Assembly: GCA_038204345.1 (NCBI GenBank)
Contig: JBBRDB010000002.1
Span: 1-43,102 of the forward strand
Direction: 5' to 3'
Origin: Thermoleophilia bacterium
Lineage (GTDB): Bacteria; Actinomycetota; Thermoleophilia; RBG-16-64-13
Length of the DNA: 43,102 bases
Each line of letters opens with the position of its first letter. Positions within the stretch are counted from its first letter, which is position 1. Positions 1 to 9,198 of this stretch are shown here, piece by piece. Position numbers and translations under genes: made by a program. The notes beneath the pieces were generated by a model. The model made no database searches. It was not told the DNA's origin and was given only the letters and a program-made list of their open reading frames with translations.

Positions 1-432
1 GGTGAGGTGCGATTGCTCCTGCGTCTCGATCTCAGGGGCGACCGGCATACTCCATGCATCGTGGGATGAGGCCGGCGCCCACGCGGCGGGATCGATCGAT
101 GGTTCCGCTTCCTCCGACTCGAGTCCCGACTCGTCGAACTCGACGTCGACTTCCGCAGCCATGGACTCATCCTCGACCGCGGCACCCGACAAGGACTCGT
201 TATCGCCATAGTGGAGGGTCAGGTCGGCAATGTCGGAGACGCCGATGATCTCGGGTTCGACCTCGACCACGGCAGCTTCGGGGGAACGAAGGGCTCTTGA
301 TGTGACCGGCCCGACAGCGGCACTCTGACTCAAGAGCGCATCTCGCACGCGTTGAGCCTGTTTCGGAGACACGAGAAAGCCGAAAATCGCTCCAAGTAGC
401 CCACCAACAAGAAACTTCCCTAGGCCCCACAT
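1..432 (-). CDS. YtxH-like membrane-anchored protein with acidic low-complexity region (3' end runs off the window)
   Basis: Not in the ORF track because there is no stop in the window. ATG at 432 preceded by SD AAAGGGAGGGAG; 144 open codons MWGLGKFLVGGLLGAIFGFLVSPKQAQRVRDALL...; the Gly-rich hydrophobic N-terminus ending in SPK resembles YtxH-family N-termini. Confidence 0.75.
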   Translation of the reverse strand, partial: MWGLGKFLVGGLLGAIFGFLVSPKQAQRVRDALLSQSAAVGPVTSRALRSPEAAVVEVEPEIIGVSDIADLTLHYGDNESLSGAAVEDESMAAEVDVEFDESGLESEEAEPSIDPAAWAPASSHDAWSMPVAPEIETQEQSHLT

Positions 433-486
433 GGAGTACTCCCTCCCTTTTACCGAGCAGCACGCCCGATTCGAGTCGCGAAACAC

Positions 487-495
487 ATACTACCA
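487..495 (-). promoter_or_regulatory. Candidate extended -10 (TGGTAGTAT) for the YtxH-like gene
   Basis: TGnTAGTAT about 55 nt upstream of ATG 432; the same motif occurs at 9715-9723 (+) and as TGCTAGTAT at 20958-20966 (+). Confidence 0.45.
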
Positions 496-536
496 CCGTC
501 GGGTGGACCCTCCGGCGGCGCTCGACCAAGCTGACG

Positions 537-571
537 GGTCGCCGAGTGTCGGTCGCCGAGTGTCGGTCGCC
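537..571. repeat. Tandem repeat, 14-bp unit GGTCGCCGAGTGTC x2.5
   Basis: Read directly: 537-550, 551-564, partial 565-571. Confidence 0.9.
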
Positions 572-661
572 AACAACATTCAACGAGCCGGAAGGCGTGC
601 GGCTACTCTTCCACTCTTCTCATCGCGGAGCGCCTCTCCTGCATCTGGCTCAGTCCGTAGA

Positions 662-1219
662 TCAGAACAAGCGGGTGACCGTGAGCCGACCTTCCTCATC
701 TTCAGATGCGAGGATGGCCCAAGACTGCCCAAAGTCCGCGGTCGCCCTCATCGATAGTTGGTCGAGAGCTGACCGCGCCTTGGCGTCGAGAAGGTACTTG
801 AGCGGCATGGCCGGCTTCTCGCCGACTTGAAACGACACTTCGCCGGTCTTGTCCCTCCTCAGGAAGACCGGCTCCTCCGCAATACCCCGGAGGCCGGGAC
901 CTCGTTCGTAGACGCGCTCCACCCTTGGCGCGCCCCCGCCGGAGGTCGACGGCGACTCGGCCTCAGCCCTCTGAAGGCCGTTCCCCTGCTGTGCAGATCC
1001 AGACGGGGCGGAACCGCTCCCCCGGTCGTACGCATCCTCACTACGGACGACGGGGGGTGCAACGGGCTGTGCCGCGTGAAGCAGCTGTCCAAGCCGCGCG
1101 GTCGAATCGTCTCCCATCTTCTTCCGGGCGCTGCGCAGACGATACCCGTAGAAGCCGACGAAACCGACCACGAACACGACCAAGACGACGCCGATGAAGT
1201 AGAAGGCGTAGGAACTCAT
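662..1219 (-). CDS. Hypothetical protein with N-terminal transmembrane helix
   Basis: 185-aa ORF; hydrophobic N-terminus followed by a basic patch; start overlaps the rarA stop (ATGA), indicating an operon. Confidence 0.8.
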   Translation of the reverse strand: MSSYAFYFIGVVLVVFVVGFVGFYGYRLRSARKKMGDDSTARLGQLLHAAQPVAPPVVRSEDAYDRGSGSAPSGSAQQGNGLQRAEAESPSTSGGGAPRVERVYERGPGLRGIAEEPVFLRRDKTGEVSFQVGEKPAMPLKYLLDAKARSALDQLSMRATADFGQSWAILASEDEEGRLTVTRLF

Positions 1220-2544
1220 GGAACCCTTCGCAGTGCGCGCATCCGCTCCAGGAAGCCGGCGAGCCTCGCTTCGACTCCCTCGTTGGTGGGCCGGTAGAAC
1301 TCCTTGTCCCCCACAGCCTCGGGTAGATGACGCTGGCTCACATAGCCGCCGTGATCGTGAGGATATACGTAGCCCTCCCCGTGTCCAAGAGCCCGCGCGC
1401 CCCGATAACTCGTGTCACGCAGTACCGGAGGCGGCGGCTGAGCACCGGCGGCTTCGATCTCGGCCATTGCCTCCTGGATGGCCACGTAAGCGGCATTGGA
1501 CTTCGGCGCGCAGGATACGTATGTCACTGCCTGCGCGAGGATGATGCGCCCTTCCGGCAATCCGATCATGTGCGTCGCCTGCATCGCAGCCACGGCGACC
1601 TGCAGGGCGCGGGGGTCGGCGTTGCCCACGTCTTCGGAGGCGCAGATGACGATCCGCCTGGCGATCACCAGTGGATCCTCGCCTCCGGCCAACATCATGG
1701 CCATATAGTAGAGGGCGGCGTCGGGATCCGATCCGCGCATGCTCTTGATGAAGGCGGAGATGACATCGTAGTGGGCGTCTCCATCCTTGTCGTAAATCAC
1801 GATCTTGCGCTGCGCGGACTCCTCGACGGTGTCTGCGTCGAGGGTCGAGAGACCGGCCGCCAAAGCGTTCGCGGCCGCGCGTTCCAGGAGCGCCAAGCTG
1901 CGCCGCGCGTCTCCACGCCCCGCGGCCGCGATGAGATCGCGCACCTCCGGCTCGATCGTCAACCCTTCAGCCGGAGTCACCTCCGGATCGTCGAGGCAGC
2001 GGTCCACGATCGTCCGCAACTCTACCGGTTCCAAGAGGTGGAACCGGTAGAGTTCGCAGCGGGACACCAGGGCAGGTATCACCTCGAAATACGGGTTCTC
2101 GGTAGTGGCTCCAACGAGCGTGACAAGACCCTCTTCGACCGCGTGAAGCAGGGCGTCCTGTTGGGCCTTCGAGAACCGATGGATCTCGTCGATGAAGAGG
2201 ATGGTGCGTCTGCCCGTCTCTTCGCGCCGGTGACGCGCCGAGGAGAGGATTCTCCGCACGTCGGCCACGCCCGAGTCGACGGCGGATAGCTCCTCGAAAG
2301 CAGCGTTCAGCTGCGCCGCCACGACCCGCGCCACCGTGGTCTTGCCCGTGCCGGGCGGCCCGAACAAGATCATAGAGCTCGGCAGGCCGGCCTCGACGTT
2401 CAGTCTGAGCGGTCCTTTCTCGCCCAGCAGATGTCTCTGCCCCACGACCCCGTCCAAACCGGCCGGCCGCATGCGGGCGGCCAGAGGCGCCGAGCGGCTG
2501 ATGTCCCGGTCGAACGCCGCCGAGAACAGATTCTCTGGATTCAC
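1216..2544 (-). CDS. rarA: Replication-associated recombination protein A (MgsA/RarA AAA+ ATPase)
   Basis: APLAARMRP, Walker A GPPGTGKTT, FIDEIHRFSKAQQDALL, GATTENP, YDKDGDAHYDVISAFIKSMRGSDPDAA, ASEDVGNADP, Y.YPHD. Confidence 0.97.
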   Translation of the reverse strand: MNPENLFSAAFDRDISRSAPLAARMRPAGLDGVVGQRHLLGEKGPLRLNVEAGLPSSMILFGPPGTGKTTVARVVAAQLNAAFEELSAVDSGVADVRRILSSARHRREETGRRTILFIDEIHRFSKAQQDALLHAVEEGLVTLVGATTENPYFEVIPALVSRCELYRFHLLEPVELRTIVDRCLDDPEVTPAEGLTIEPEVRDLIAAAGRGDARRSLALLERAAANALAAGLSTLDADTVEESAQRKIVIYDKDGDAHYDVISAFIKSMRGSDPDAALYYMAMMLAGGEDPLVIARRIVICASEDVGNADPRALQVAVAAMQATHMIGLPEGRIILAQAVTYVSCAPKSNAAYVAIQEAMAEIEAAGAQPPPPVLRDTSYRGARALGHGEGYVYPHDHGGYVSQRHLPEAVGDKEFYRPTNEGVEARLAGFLERMRALRRVP

Positions 2545-2591
2545 GCGCCTCTCCCCTGCCGATGACCGGCGCCGTCACGACGCACTCCTGG

Positions 2592-2640
2592 ATTCTACCA
2601 GTGCGCTACCGTTGAGCGAGCACACTCGTGCGTGTAAAAT
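2592..2640. promoter_or_regulatory. Back-to-back divergent sigma70-type promoters for rarA and the HNH gene
   Basis: + strand TTGAGC(2612-2617)-17 nt-TAAAAT(2635-2640); - strand TGG-TAGAAT (-10 at 2592-2597). Confidence 0.55.
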
Positions 2641-2669
2641 GCCCTCTGGAAGAGGCGCAAGGAGGCCCT

Positions 2670-3182
2670 TTGGCACGTCGAGTTCTGGTCTTAAACACGA
2701 CCTACGAGCCGGTCAACGTCTGCTCCACCCGGCGCGCCGTCATCCTTCTGCTCAAAGATAGGGCCGACGTTCTCGAGGCCGACGGACCTCAGATCTGTGC
2801 GGAGAGGGTCTCCCTTCCCCGGCCGACTGTGATCAAACTGCGGGATTTCGTGAACGTACCCCGGAGCGACCGGCGGCGCCTCTCTCGCCGGGTCGTGCTG
2901 GCGCGCGACGGACACAGCTGCCAGTACTGCGGGAGCACACGACACCTGACGCTCGACCACGTCATCCCCCGCAGCAGAGGAGGGAGCACTTCCTGGGACA
3001 ACGTCGTCACTTCGTGCTCTCATTGCAACACCCATAAGGGCGACCGGCTGCTCGCCGAGATAGGCATGATACTGCGTGCTCGGCCTCGACTGCCGCGCCC
3101 CACGGACTTCCTGATCGCGTCGCCGTGCGCCGTACCCGAAGGCTGGGCCCCCTACCTAGAACTTGCCGGGGTCCTCGCCTGA
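2670..3182 (+). CDS. HNH endonuclease family protein
   Basis: TTG start after SD AAGGAGG; VLVLNTTYEP N-terminus; RDGHSCQYCG, TLDHVIPRSRGG, W.NVVTSCSHCNTHKG motifs. Confidence 0.92.
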   Translation: MARRVLVLNTTYEPVNVCSTRRAVILLLKDRADVLEADGPQICAERVSLPRPTVIKLRDFVNVPRSDRRRLSRRVVLARDGHSCQYCGSTRHLTLDHVIPRSRGGSTSWDNVVTSCSHCNTHKGDRLLAEIGMILRARPRLPRPTDFLIASPCAVPEGWAPYLELAGVLA

Positions 3183-3216
3183 GCTCCGCACTACCGGTGC
3201 GAGGCGCTTGCGGAGC
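3183..3216. terminator. Hairpin between convergent HNH and accA genes (possible bidirectional terminator)
   Basis: GCTCCGCA...TGCGGAGC inverted repeat; no U-tract. Confidence 0.35.
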
Positions 3217-3227
3217 CCTCGCCGGTC

Positions 3228-4226
3228 CTACGTGGACGAGGGCCTGCCGACCGCCTCGGGGCTCGGCAAGAAGCTCCCCATCGCGAGGTACTTGAGGCGC
3301 CGGTCTCGACGGCGCTGCGATGGGGATACTCCCCACAATTCACGGAGCGCCGCCTCCACCTGCCGCACCACGACCTTCGCCGTGGCCCGGTGGTGCTTAT
3401 GAGCTCCCTTGCGAGGCTCGGGAATGACCGAATCGACCACGCCGAGCCTCAGTAGATCGATCGCCGTCAAGTCGAGCGCGTCGGCCGCTCGAGGCGCCTC
3501 GGCCGCGTCTCTCCAGAGGATCGCGGCGCACCCCTCCGGCGTAATGACCGAGTAGATGGCGTTCTCGAGCATGAACACCCGGTCGCACAGCGCGAGCGCG
3601 AGCGCTCCGCCCGAGCCGCCCTCGCCGATCACGACTGCAACGGTGGGTACGGTGAGTTCCGCAAAGGTGCGGAGCGTGTTGGCGATCGCTCCCGCCTGTC
3701 CGCCCTCCTCCGCATCGGCACCGGGGAAGGCTCCCGGAGTGTCAACGAACGTCACGATGGGCATGCCGAATTTCTGCGCCATACGCGCGAGACGCTGGAC
3801 TTTCCTATAGCCCTCGGGCCGCGGCATGCCGAAGTTCCGTTGCTGACGCTCCGGAAGGTTGTGGCCCTTCTGGTGCCCGATGACCATGACGGAGGCTCCG
3901 GCCAGCGTCGCCATCCCGCCCACGATCGCCGGATCGTCGGCGCGCAGGCGGTCGCCATGAAGTTCGAGGAAATCTGGGAAGGCGTGAGAGATGTAGTCGA
4001 GCGTCTGGGGCCGTTCGTTATGGCGGGCGAGTTGGACGGTCTTCCAAGCTTCATCCGACGGCTCCCGATCCTTCAGCGCCTCAAGACTTGCCTGGATCTT
4101 CCGTATTTCTTCCTCGTAGCCAACGCCGTGGAGCGACGGCAAGCTCCTTAGCTCGTGCAACCGCGCGAGCAAACGGGCGGCTTCGCCGTGGTACGACTTC
4201 CGTATCTTCTCCAAGGGGTTCAACAC
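3228..4226 (-). CDS. accA: Acetyl-CoA carboxylase carboxyltransferase subunit alpha
   Basis: VQLARH..RP.TLDYI, ELHGDR..DD.AIVGG, NFGMPRPEGYRK, DTPGAFPG..AEEGGQ, GEGGSGGALA, YSVITPEGCAAILW; GTG 4226 after SD AAGGAGGTG (alternative start 4238). Confidence 0.95.
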   Translation of the reverse strand: MLNPLEKIRKSYHGEAARLLARLHELRSLPSLHGVGYEEEIRKIQASLEALKDREPSDEAWKTVQLARHNERPQTLDYISHAFPDFLELHGDRLRADDPAIVGGMATLAGASVMVIGHQKGHNLPERQQRNFGMPRPEGYRKVQRLARMAQKFGMPIVTFVDTPGAFPGADAEEGGQAGAIANTLRTFAELTVPTVAVVIGEGGSGGALALALCDRVFMLENAIYSVITPEGCAAILWRDAAEAPRAADALDLTAIDLLRLGVVDSVIPEPRKGAHKHHRATAKVVVRQVEAALRELWGVSPSQRRRDRRLKYLAMGSFLPSPEAVGRPSST

Positions 4227-5127
4227 TGGTGCGGACACCTCCTTCCAGCAAGTCGAGGACCCGGGTGACCATCTCCTTCAGATGACGGCGATGGACGATC
4301 ATATCGATCTGCCCGTTCGCCTGGTTGGCTTCGGACCGCCCGAAGCCTTCAGGCAGCTTCTCGTGCGTGGTCTGCTCGATGACTCGTGGTCCGGCGAAGC
4401 AGAGCAGAGCACCGGGTTCGGCGATGGCGACGTCGGCCAGCATGGCGAAGCTGGCCAGAACCCCGCCCGTGGTGGGGTTGGTCAGGACGGTCACGAAGGG
4501 TAGAGTGTCCGCCGCGAGAGCATCCAGGGCCACCACGGTCTTCGCCATCTGCATGAGAGAGAGGATGCCCTCCTGCATCCGGGCGCCGCCCGAGGCCACC
4601 ACTATCACGAACGGACGCGATTCCCGAGCGGCGGCGGCCGAAAGGCGCGCAAAACGTTCGCCTACGACCGATCCCATAGAGCCGCCCATGAAGCGAAAAT
4701 CCATCACTCCCAGGGCCACCGGTCGACCGGAAAGGTCGCACAGACCACCCACGAAGGCTTCGGAGAGACCGGTCTGCACCTGTGCCTCCGCGAGTCGCTC
4801 AGTGTAAGCCCGGGTGTCGAAGAAGTCGAGGGGATCGGTGGGACGCAGATCACCGCCTATCTCATGCCACGTACCCTCGTCGGCGAGCAACGAGATGCGT
4901 TCGGGAGAGGCCATCGGGTAGTGATGATCGCAATGCGGACATACCCAGAGGGAGGCGGCCAGCGCCTCCTTAGTAAGCGGCTTCCCGCACGACGTGCAGA
5001 GGTCCTTGCCATCGGGGGTGCCGGCGGTGTCAGCGACGTTGGCCCTGCCGGCGTCGCCGGGAGGAGGAGCCTCTGGTTCGGACGGCCCGCCTTTGCGAGT
5101 GATCTGGACTGTTATGTACTTGGGCAC
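4081..5127 (-). CDS. accD: Acetyl-CoA carboxylase carboxyltransferase subunit beta
   Basis: Zn finger CTSC...CPHC, MDFRFMGGSMGSVVGE, SGGARMQEG..SLMQMAKT, PTTGGVLASFA, FAGPRVIEQT. Confidence 0.95.
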   Translation of the reverse strand: MPKYITVQITRKGGPSEPEAPPPGDAGRANVADTAGTPDGKDLCTSCGKPLTKEALAASLWVCPHCDHHYPMASPERISLLADEGTWHEIGGDLRPTDPLDFFDTRAYTERLAEAQVQTGLSEAFVGGLCDLSGRPVALGVMDFRFMGGSMGSVVGERFARLSAAAARESRPFVIVVASGGARMQEGILSLMQMAKTVVALDALAADTLPFVTVLTNPTTGGVLASFAMLADVAIAEPGALLCFAGPRVIEQTTHEKLPEGFGRSEANQANGQIDMIVHRRHLKEMVTRVLDLLEGGVRTSVEPLGEDTEVVPRRSRPFARAVARAKELAVAPRRWLRGRNTEDPGKS

Positions 5128-5145
5128 GGCGACGGCGTGGACCGC

Positions 5146-6408
5146 CTACTCCGAATGACGACCGAAGAGGAGTGAGACGTTGTGTCCCCCGAATCCGAAA
5201 CTGTTGGACGCTACGTAATCCAGGGAGGCCTCGCGCATGACGTTCGGCACGTAGTCCAGATCGCACGCGGGATCGGGATGATCGAGGTTTATCGTCGGCG
5301 GGACGGTGCCCTTCACCATGGCGAGGATCGAGGCGACGGCCTCGAGCGCTCCTGCCGCCCCCAGGCAATGACCGAACATGCTTTTCGTCGAGCTTACGAG
5401 CACCGAGTCGGCCGCCGGTCCGAGCGCGGAGCGGATGGCCCGCGTCTCCATGACGTCGCCCAACGGGGTGGAGGTGCCGTGTGCATTGACGTAACCGAGT
5501 TGGGCGGGCTCGATCTCGGCCATAGCCATCGCGAGCCTCATTGCCGTGGCGGAGGGCTCGCCCGTCTCGTCGGGCTCGGTGAGATGGTAGGCGTCACCGG
5601 TCATGCCGTACCCAAGGAACTCGCCATAGATGCGGGCGCCCCGGGCCAAAGCGTGCTCACGCTCCTCCAACACCAGGATGGCGGAGCCCTCGCCCATCAC
5701 GAAGCCGTCGCGCTCGGAATCGAAGGGACGGCTGGCCCGTTCGGGCTCGTCGTTGCGCGTGGAAAGGGCGCGCATGGCCGCGAAAGCACCAACGCCTATA
5801 TGCCCGATGGGCGCTTCGGCCCCGCCGGCGAACATCACCGGGACGTCGCCGCGACGTATCAGCTGGAAGGCATCGCCGAGCGCATTGGCGCTCGCGGCGC
5901 AGGCTGTGCACGTGGCCATCACCGGCCCCTTCAAGCCGAGCGCCATCGACACGTGGGCCGCAGCCATGTTCGGGATCATCATGGGCACGAAGAAAGGACT
6001 GAGGCGATCGGGTCCTCTCTCGTGAAGCACCAGCGTCTGCTCGTAGAAGGTGTTGAGGCCACCGATGCCGGAGCCCACCGACGTCCCGATCTGATAGGGG
6101 TCGCCGTCTAAGTGCAGCCCCGCATCCTCGCGGGCCATGTTCGCAGCGGCCACCGCAAGCTGTGAGTAGCGGTCCATACGACGGGCGGCCTTCTTGTCCA
6201 TGAAGTCACCGGGGTCGAACGAGGGGACCTCCGCCGCGATGGTCACGGCATAGCCGGTGGTGTCGAAGTGGGTGATCGGTCGCACCGCGGAGCGGCCGGC
6301 GACCAACCCGCTGAAAAACTGCTCCCAACCGAGGCCCATCGGGGACGCGACACCGAGACCGGTGACGACGACCCGATAGGCCGGCTGGCTGCCGACGTTG
6401 GAACTCAT
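5146..6408 (-). CDS. fabF: Beta-ketoacyl-ACP synthase II
   Basis: RVVVTGLG, catalytic TACAAS, NAHGTST, KSMFGHCLGAAG, NSFGFGGHN; ATG 6408 after SD AGGAGGG. Confidence 0.97.
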   Translation of the reverse strand: MSSNVGSQPAYRVVVTGLGVASPMGLGWEQFFSGLVAGRSAVRPITHFDTTGYAVTIAAEVPSFDPGDFMDKKAARRMDRYSQLAVAAANMAREDAGLHLDGDPYQIGTSVGSGIGGLNTFYEQTLVLHERGPDRLSPFFVPMMIPNMAAAHVSMALGLKGPVMATCTACAASANALGDAFQLIRRGDVPVMFAGGAEAPIGHIGVGAFAAMRALSTRNDEPERASRPFDSERDGFVMGEGSAILVLEEREHALARGARIYGEFLGYGMTGDAYHLTEPDETGEPSATAMRLAMAMAEIEPAQLGYVNAHGTSTPLGDVMETRAIRSALGPAADSVLVSSTKSMFGHCLGAAGALEAVASILAMVKGTVPPTINLDHPDPACDLDYVPNVMREASLDYVASNSFGFGGHNVSLLFGRHSE

Positions 6409-6427
6409 TCGATCCCTCCTGCTCTCA

Positions 6428-7189
6428 CTAGATGCCGAGGCCGCCGTCGACGGGAAGGACCACGCCCGTAATGAACCCGGCGCCATCTCCCGCCAGGAAG
6501 GCCACTGCCTCAGCGACGTCCGCCGGGTCGCCCAGACGGTTGAGGGGAGTGCCCCCGGCGATGCCCGATTTGACCTCGTCAGGCAGGGCCGCCGTCATCT
6601 CGGTCTGGATATAACCCGGCGCGACGGCGTTCACGCGTATGTTCCGTGAGGCAAGCTCGCGGGCCAGAGTCTTCGTGAGCCCGATCAGTCCGGCCTTGGC
6701 CGCCGAGTAGTTGGCCTGCCCCGCGTTGCCGCGCCGCCCGACCACGCTCGAAAGATTGACAATAGACCCGCTGCGCCGCTTCATCATCCCCCGCGCCACG
6801 GCCCGACTCATGAGAAAGGCACCCTTGAGGTTGACGTCGATGACGAGATCCCAGTCGGCTTCGTCCATGCGCATAAGGAGTCCGTCGCGGGTGAGTCCCG
6901 CGTTGTTCACGAGGATGTCGATGGGACCCAGCGTCGCTTCGGCGGTCTCTACCACCCTCTTGACATCGTCGGCTTTGGACACATCGCCCAGCACGATGAC
7001 GCCACGCCGGCCCATGGCCTCCAACTCAGCTACCACGCCCTCGGCGCTCTCCGGCCGGGCCACGTCGTTGACGGCTACGTCGGCCCCCAACTGACCGAGA
7101 CGCAAGACGATCTCCCTGCCGATCCCTCTCCCGCCCCCGGTGACCAGAGCCACACGTCCCTGCAGGGGACTCATCGATGCCTCGGACAC
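6428..7189 (-). CDS. fabG: 3-oxoacyl-ACP reductase
   Basis: TGGGRGIG, NNAGLTRD, GNAGQANYSAAKAG (YxxxK), VAPGYIQTEMT. Confidence 0.96.
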   Translation of the reverse strand: MSEASMSPLQGRVALVTGGGRGIGREIVLRLGQLGADVAVNDVARPESAEGVVAELEAMGRRGVIVLGDVSKADDVKRVVETAEATLGPIDILVNNAGLTRDGLLMRMDEADWDLVIDVNLKGAFLMSRAVARGMMKRRSGSIVNLSSVVGRRGNAGQANYSAAKAGLIGLTKTLARELASRNIRVNAVAPGYIQTEMTAALPDEVKSGIAGGTPLNRLGDPADVAEAVAFLAGDGAGFITGVVLPVDGGLGI

Positions 7190-7229
7190 GACTCCACCAA
7201 CCTTTCTCCTTGGTCGAGCGAGCGAGTTC

Positions 7230-8168
7230 TCACGACCCGAGCGCCCACTCGATGGTCCCGTTCAAAGAGTCCTCGGTGTCTGTGGCGTGCACGGAAAGCC
7301 CGCGTCGCACCCGCTTCACCAGACCCGCCAGCACGCCTCCAGGACCTACCTCGATACCCGCATCGACGCCCTCCAGAGCCGTCTCTATCGCACCAGTGAA
7401 ACGCACGGGGGAGGTGAGTTGACGAACGAGCACCCCCCGCAACTCCGCCACGGTAGGATACCGCAGCTCCGTGGTCGAGAAAAACCGCCCCCGCGACGCG
7501 GGCAGCACCTCTACCGCTTCGAGCACCTCGGCCAACTCGTCTGCGGCGCCCGCCACCAGGGGGCTGTGAAAGGCACCGGACACCTGGAGTGGCATGACCT
7601 TGCGGGCCCCTCGTTCTAAAGCCGCGCGCGACACGCGCTCCACGCCGTCCGGGCTCCCCGAGACGACCACCTGGCCGGGGGCGTTGAAGTTGGCCGGCCA
7701 CGCTTCTCCCGCCTCCGCGCAGAGCTCTTCCACGACCTGGTCGTCCAAGCCGAGGATCGCCGCCATGGTGCCGGCCTGACTCCTGCCGCACGACCACATG
7801 GCTCGACCGCGCGTCTCCACCACCCTCAGTGCGTCGGAGAAGGTCAAGTGGCCGACGGCCACGAGCGCGGAATACTCGCCGAGTGAATGGCCCAGGGCCA
7901 GTGTGAAGTCCAAGCCGTGATTTTCCATGACCTTCCAGGTAGCGACGCTGCACGTGAAGATCGCCGGCTGCGCGCGATCGGTGCGCGTGAGTTCCTCGAG
8001 AGGACCGTCGGCACAGAGGCTGCGGACATTCCATCCCAGGACGCTCTCGGCTTCCTCGAACAGCTCTCGGGCATCCGCGTGATTCTCCCACAGATGCCGC
8101 CCCATCCCCACCGACTGGCTCCCCTGTCCCGGGAACAGGAGCGCGGTGCGCTGCGACCGGCCCTCCAT
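7230..8168 (-). CDS. fabD: Malonyl-CoA:ACP transacylase
   Basis: FPGQGSQ, GHSLGEY, VSGAFHS, EVGPGGVL; ATG 8168 after GGAGGTG. Confidence 0.96.
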   Translation of the reverse strand: MEGRSQRTALLFPGQGSQSVGMGRHLWENHADARELFEEAESVLGWNVRSLCADGPLEELTRTDRAQPAIFTCSVATWKVMENHGLDFTLALGHSLGEYSALVAVGHLTFSDALRVVETRGRAMWSCGRSQAGTMAAILGLDDQVVEELCAEAGEAWPANFNAPGQVVVSGSPDGVERVSRAALERGARKVMPLQVSGAFHSPLVAGAADELAEVLEAVEVLPASRGRFFSTTELRYPTVAELRGVLVRQLTSPVRFTGAIETALEGVDAGIEVGPGGVLAGLVKRVRRGLSVHATDTEDSLNGTIEWALGS

Positions 8169-8169
8169 A

Positions 8170-9174
8170 TCATGCACCTCCCCATTCCATCAGACACGCT
8201 CCCCACGTCAGACCTGCACCGAATCCCATCAGCAAGACCAGGTCGCCTTCGGCCAGACGTCCCTCGGCCCGCGCGTCCGCCAGGCAGAGTGGGATGGAAG
8301 CGCATGACGTGTTTCCGTACTTTTGAAGGTTCGTGTAGACGCGATCGTCAGGGATGCCAAGCCTCTTCGTCGCCGCTTCGATGATGCGCAGGTTCGCCTG
8401 ATGGGGCACGAAGAGCCGCACCTCTTCGACCCGGCGTCCGCACGATTCGAGCACCCTCCGGGCGGATCCGACGACCACCCTGGTGGCGAAGCGAAACACC
8501 TCGCTCCCGCTCATCTTCAGGTAGTGCAGCCGCGCATCGACGGTGGCGTGGCTGGCCGGCATGCGGGACCCGCCGGCCGGAATGATCAGCAGATCTCCGC
8601 CCGAACCATCGTTGCCCAGATCGAAGCCCAAGATACGCCCGAGACCCGTCGAGGGGCTCACCACGACCGCACCTGCGCCGTCCCCGAAGAGCACAGCCGT
8701 GTTCCTGTCCTCCCAGTCGAGGATTCGGGAGATGACCTCGGCGCCGACCACCAGCACGTGCTGCTGCAGTCCGGAAGCAACCATACCCGTGGCCATGGCA
8801 AGCGCATAGACGAAGCCCGTGCATCCGGCAGAGAGGTCGCACGCTCCCGCGTTCACCGCGCCCACCTCGTAGGCGATACGGGAGGCAGTCGCCGGCATGA
8901 GTTGGTCGGGGGAGATGGTCGCGGTGATCACGAGGCCCACTTCCGTCGCCGGTAGGCCCGCCTGCCGCAAGGCCTGCCTCGCGGCCGTGATGCCCAGATC
9001 GGATGCTGATACGCCGGCCTCGGCGATACGGCGACTGCGTATGCCCGTGCGTTGACCGATCCACTCGTCAGAGGTGTCGAGCGTCTTTGAGAGATCGTGG
9101 TTGGAGATGCAGCGCTCCGGCAACGCGGTGCCCACCCCCCTGATGGCGACCGCCCTGCCCTCGGCGAGCTTCAT
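8170..9174 (-). CDS. fabH: Beta-ketoacyl-ACP synthase III
   Basis: DTSDEWI..RTGI, AGCTGF, LFGDGAGA, PHQANLRII, YGNTSCASIP, GFGAGLTWG. Confidence 0.97.
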   Translation of the reverse strand: MKLAEGRAVAIRGVGTALPERCISNHDLSKTLDTSDEWIGQRTGIRSRRIAEAGVSASDLGITAARQALRQAGLPATEVGLVITATISPDQLMPATASRIAYEVGAVNAGACDLSAGCTGFVYALAMATGMVASGLQQHVLVVGAEVISRILDWEDRNTAVLFGDGAGAVVVSPSTGLGRILGFDLGNDGSGGDLLIIPAGGSRMPASHATVDARLHYLKMSGSEVFRFATRVVVGSARRVLESCGRRVEEVRLFVPHQANLRIIEAATKRLGIPDDRVYTNLQKYGNTSCASIPLCLADARAEGRLAEGDLVLLMGFGAGLTWGACLMEWGGA

Positions 9175-9198
9175 AGGAACACTAGCCCTCTTCGACCA

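Noticed and set aside
537-571. Possible CRISPR array
   Set aside because: 14-bp units with no spacers and no cas genes in the window.
2670-3182. HNH gene as a defence system or mobile element
   Set aside because: Stand-alone member of a widespread housekeeping-like HNH family with no partner genes or element ends.
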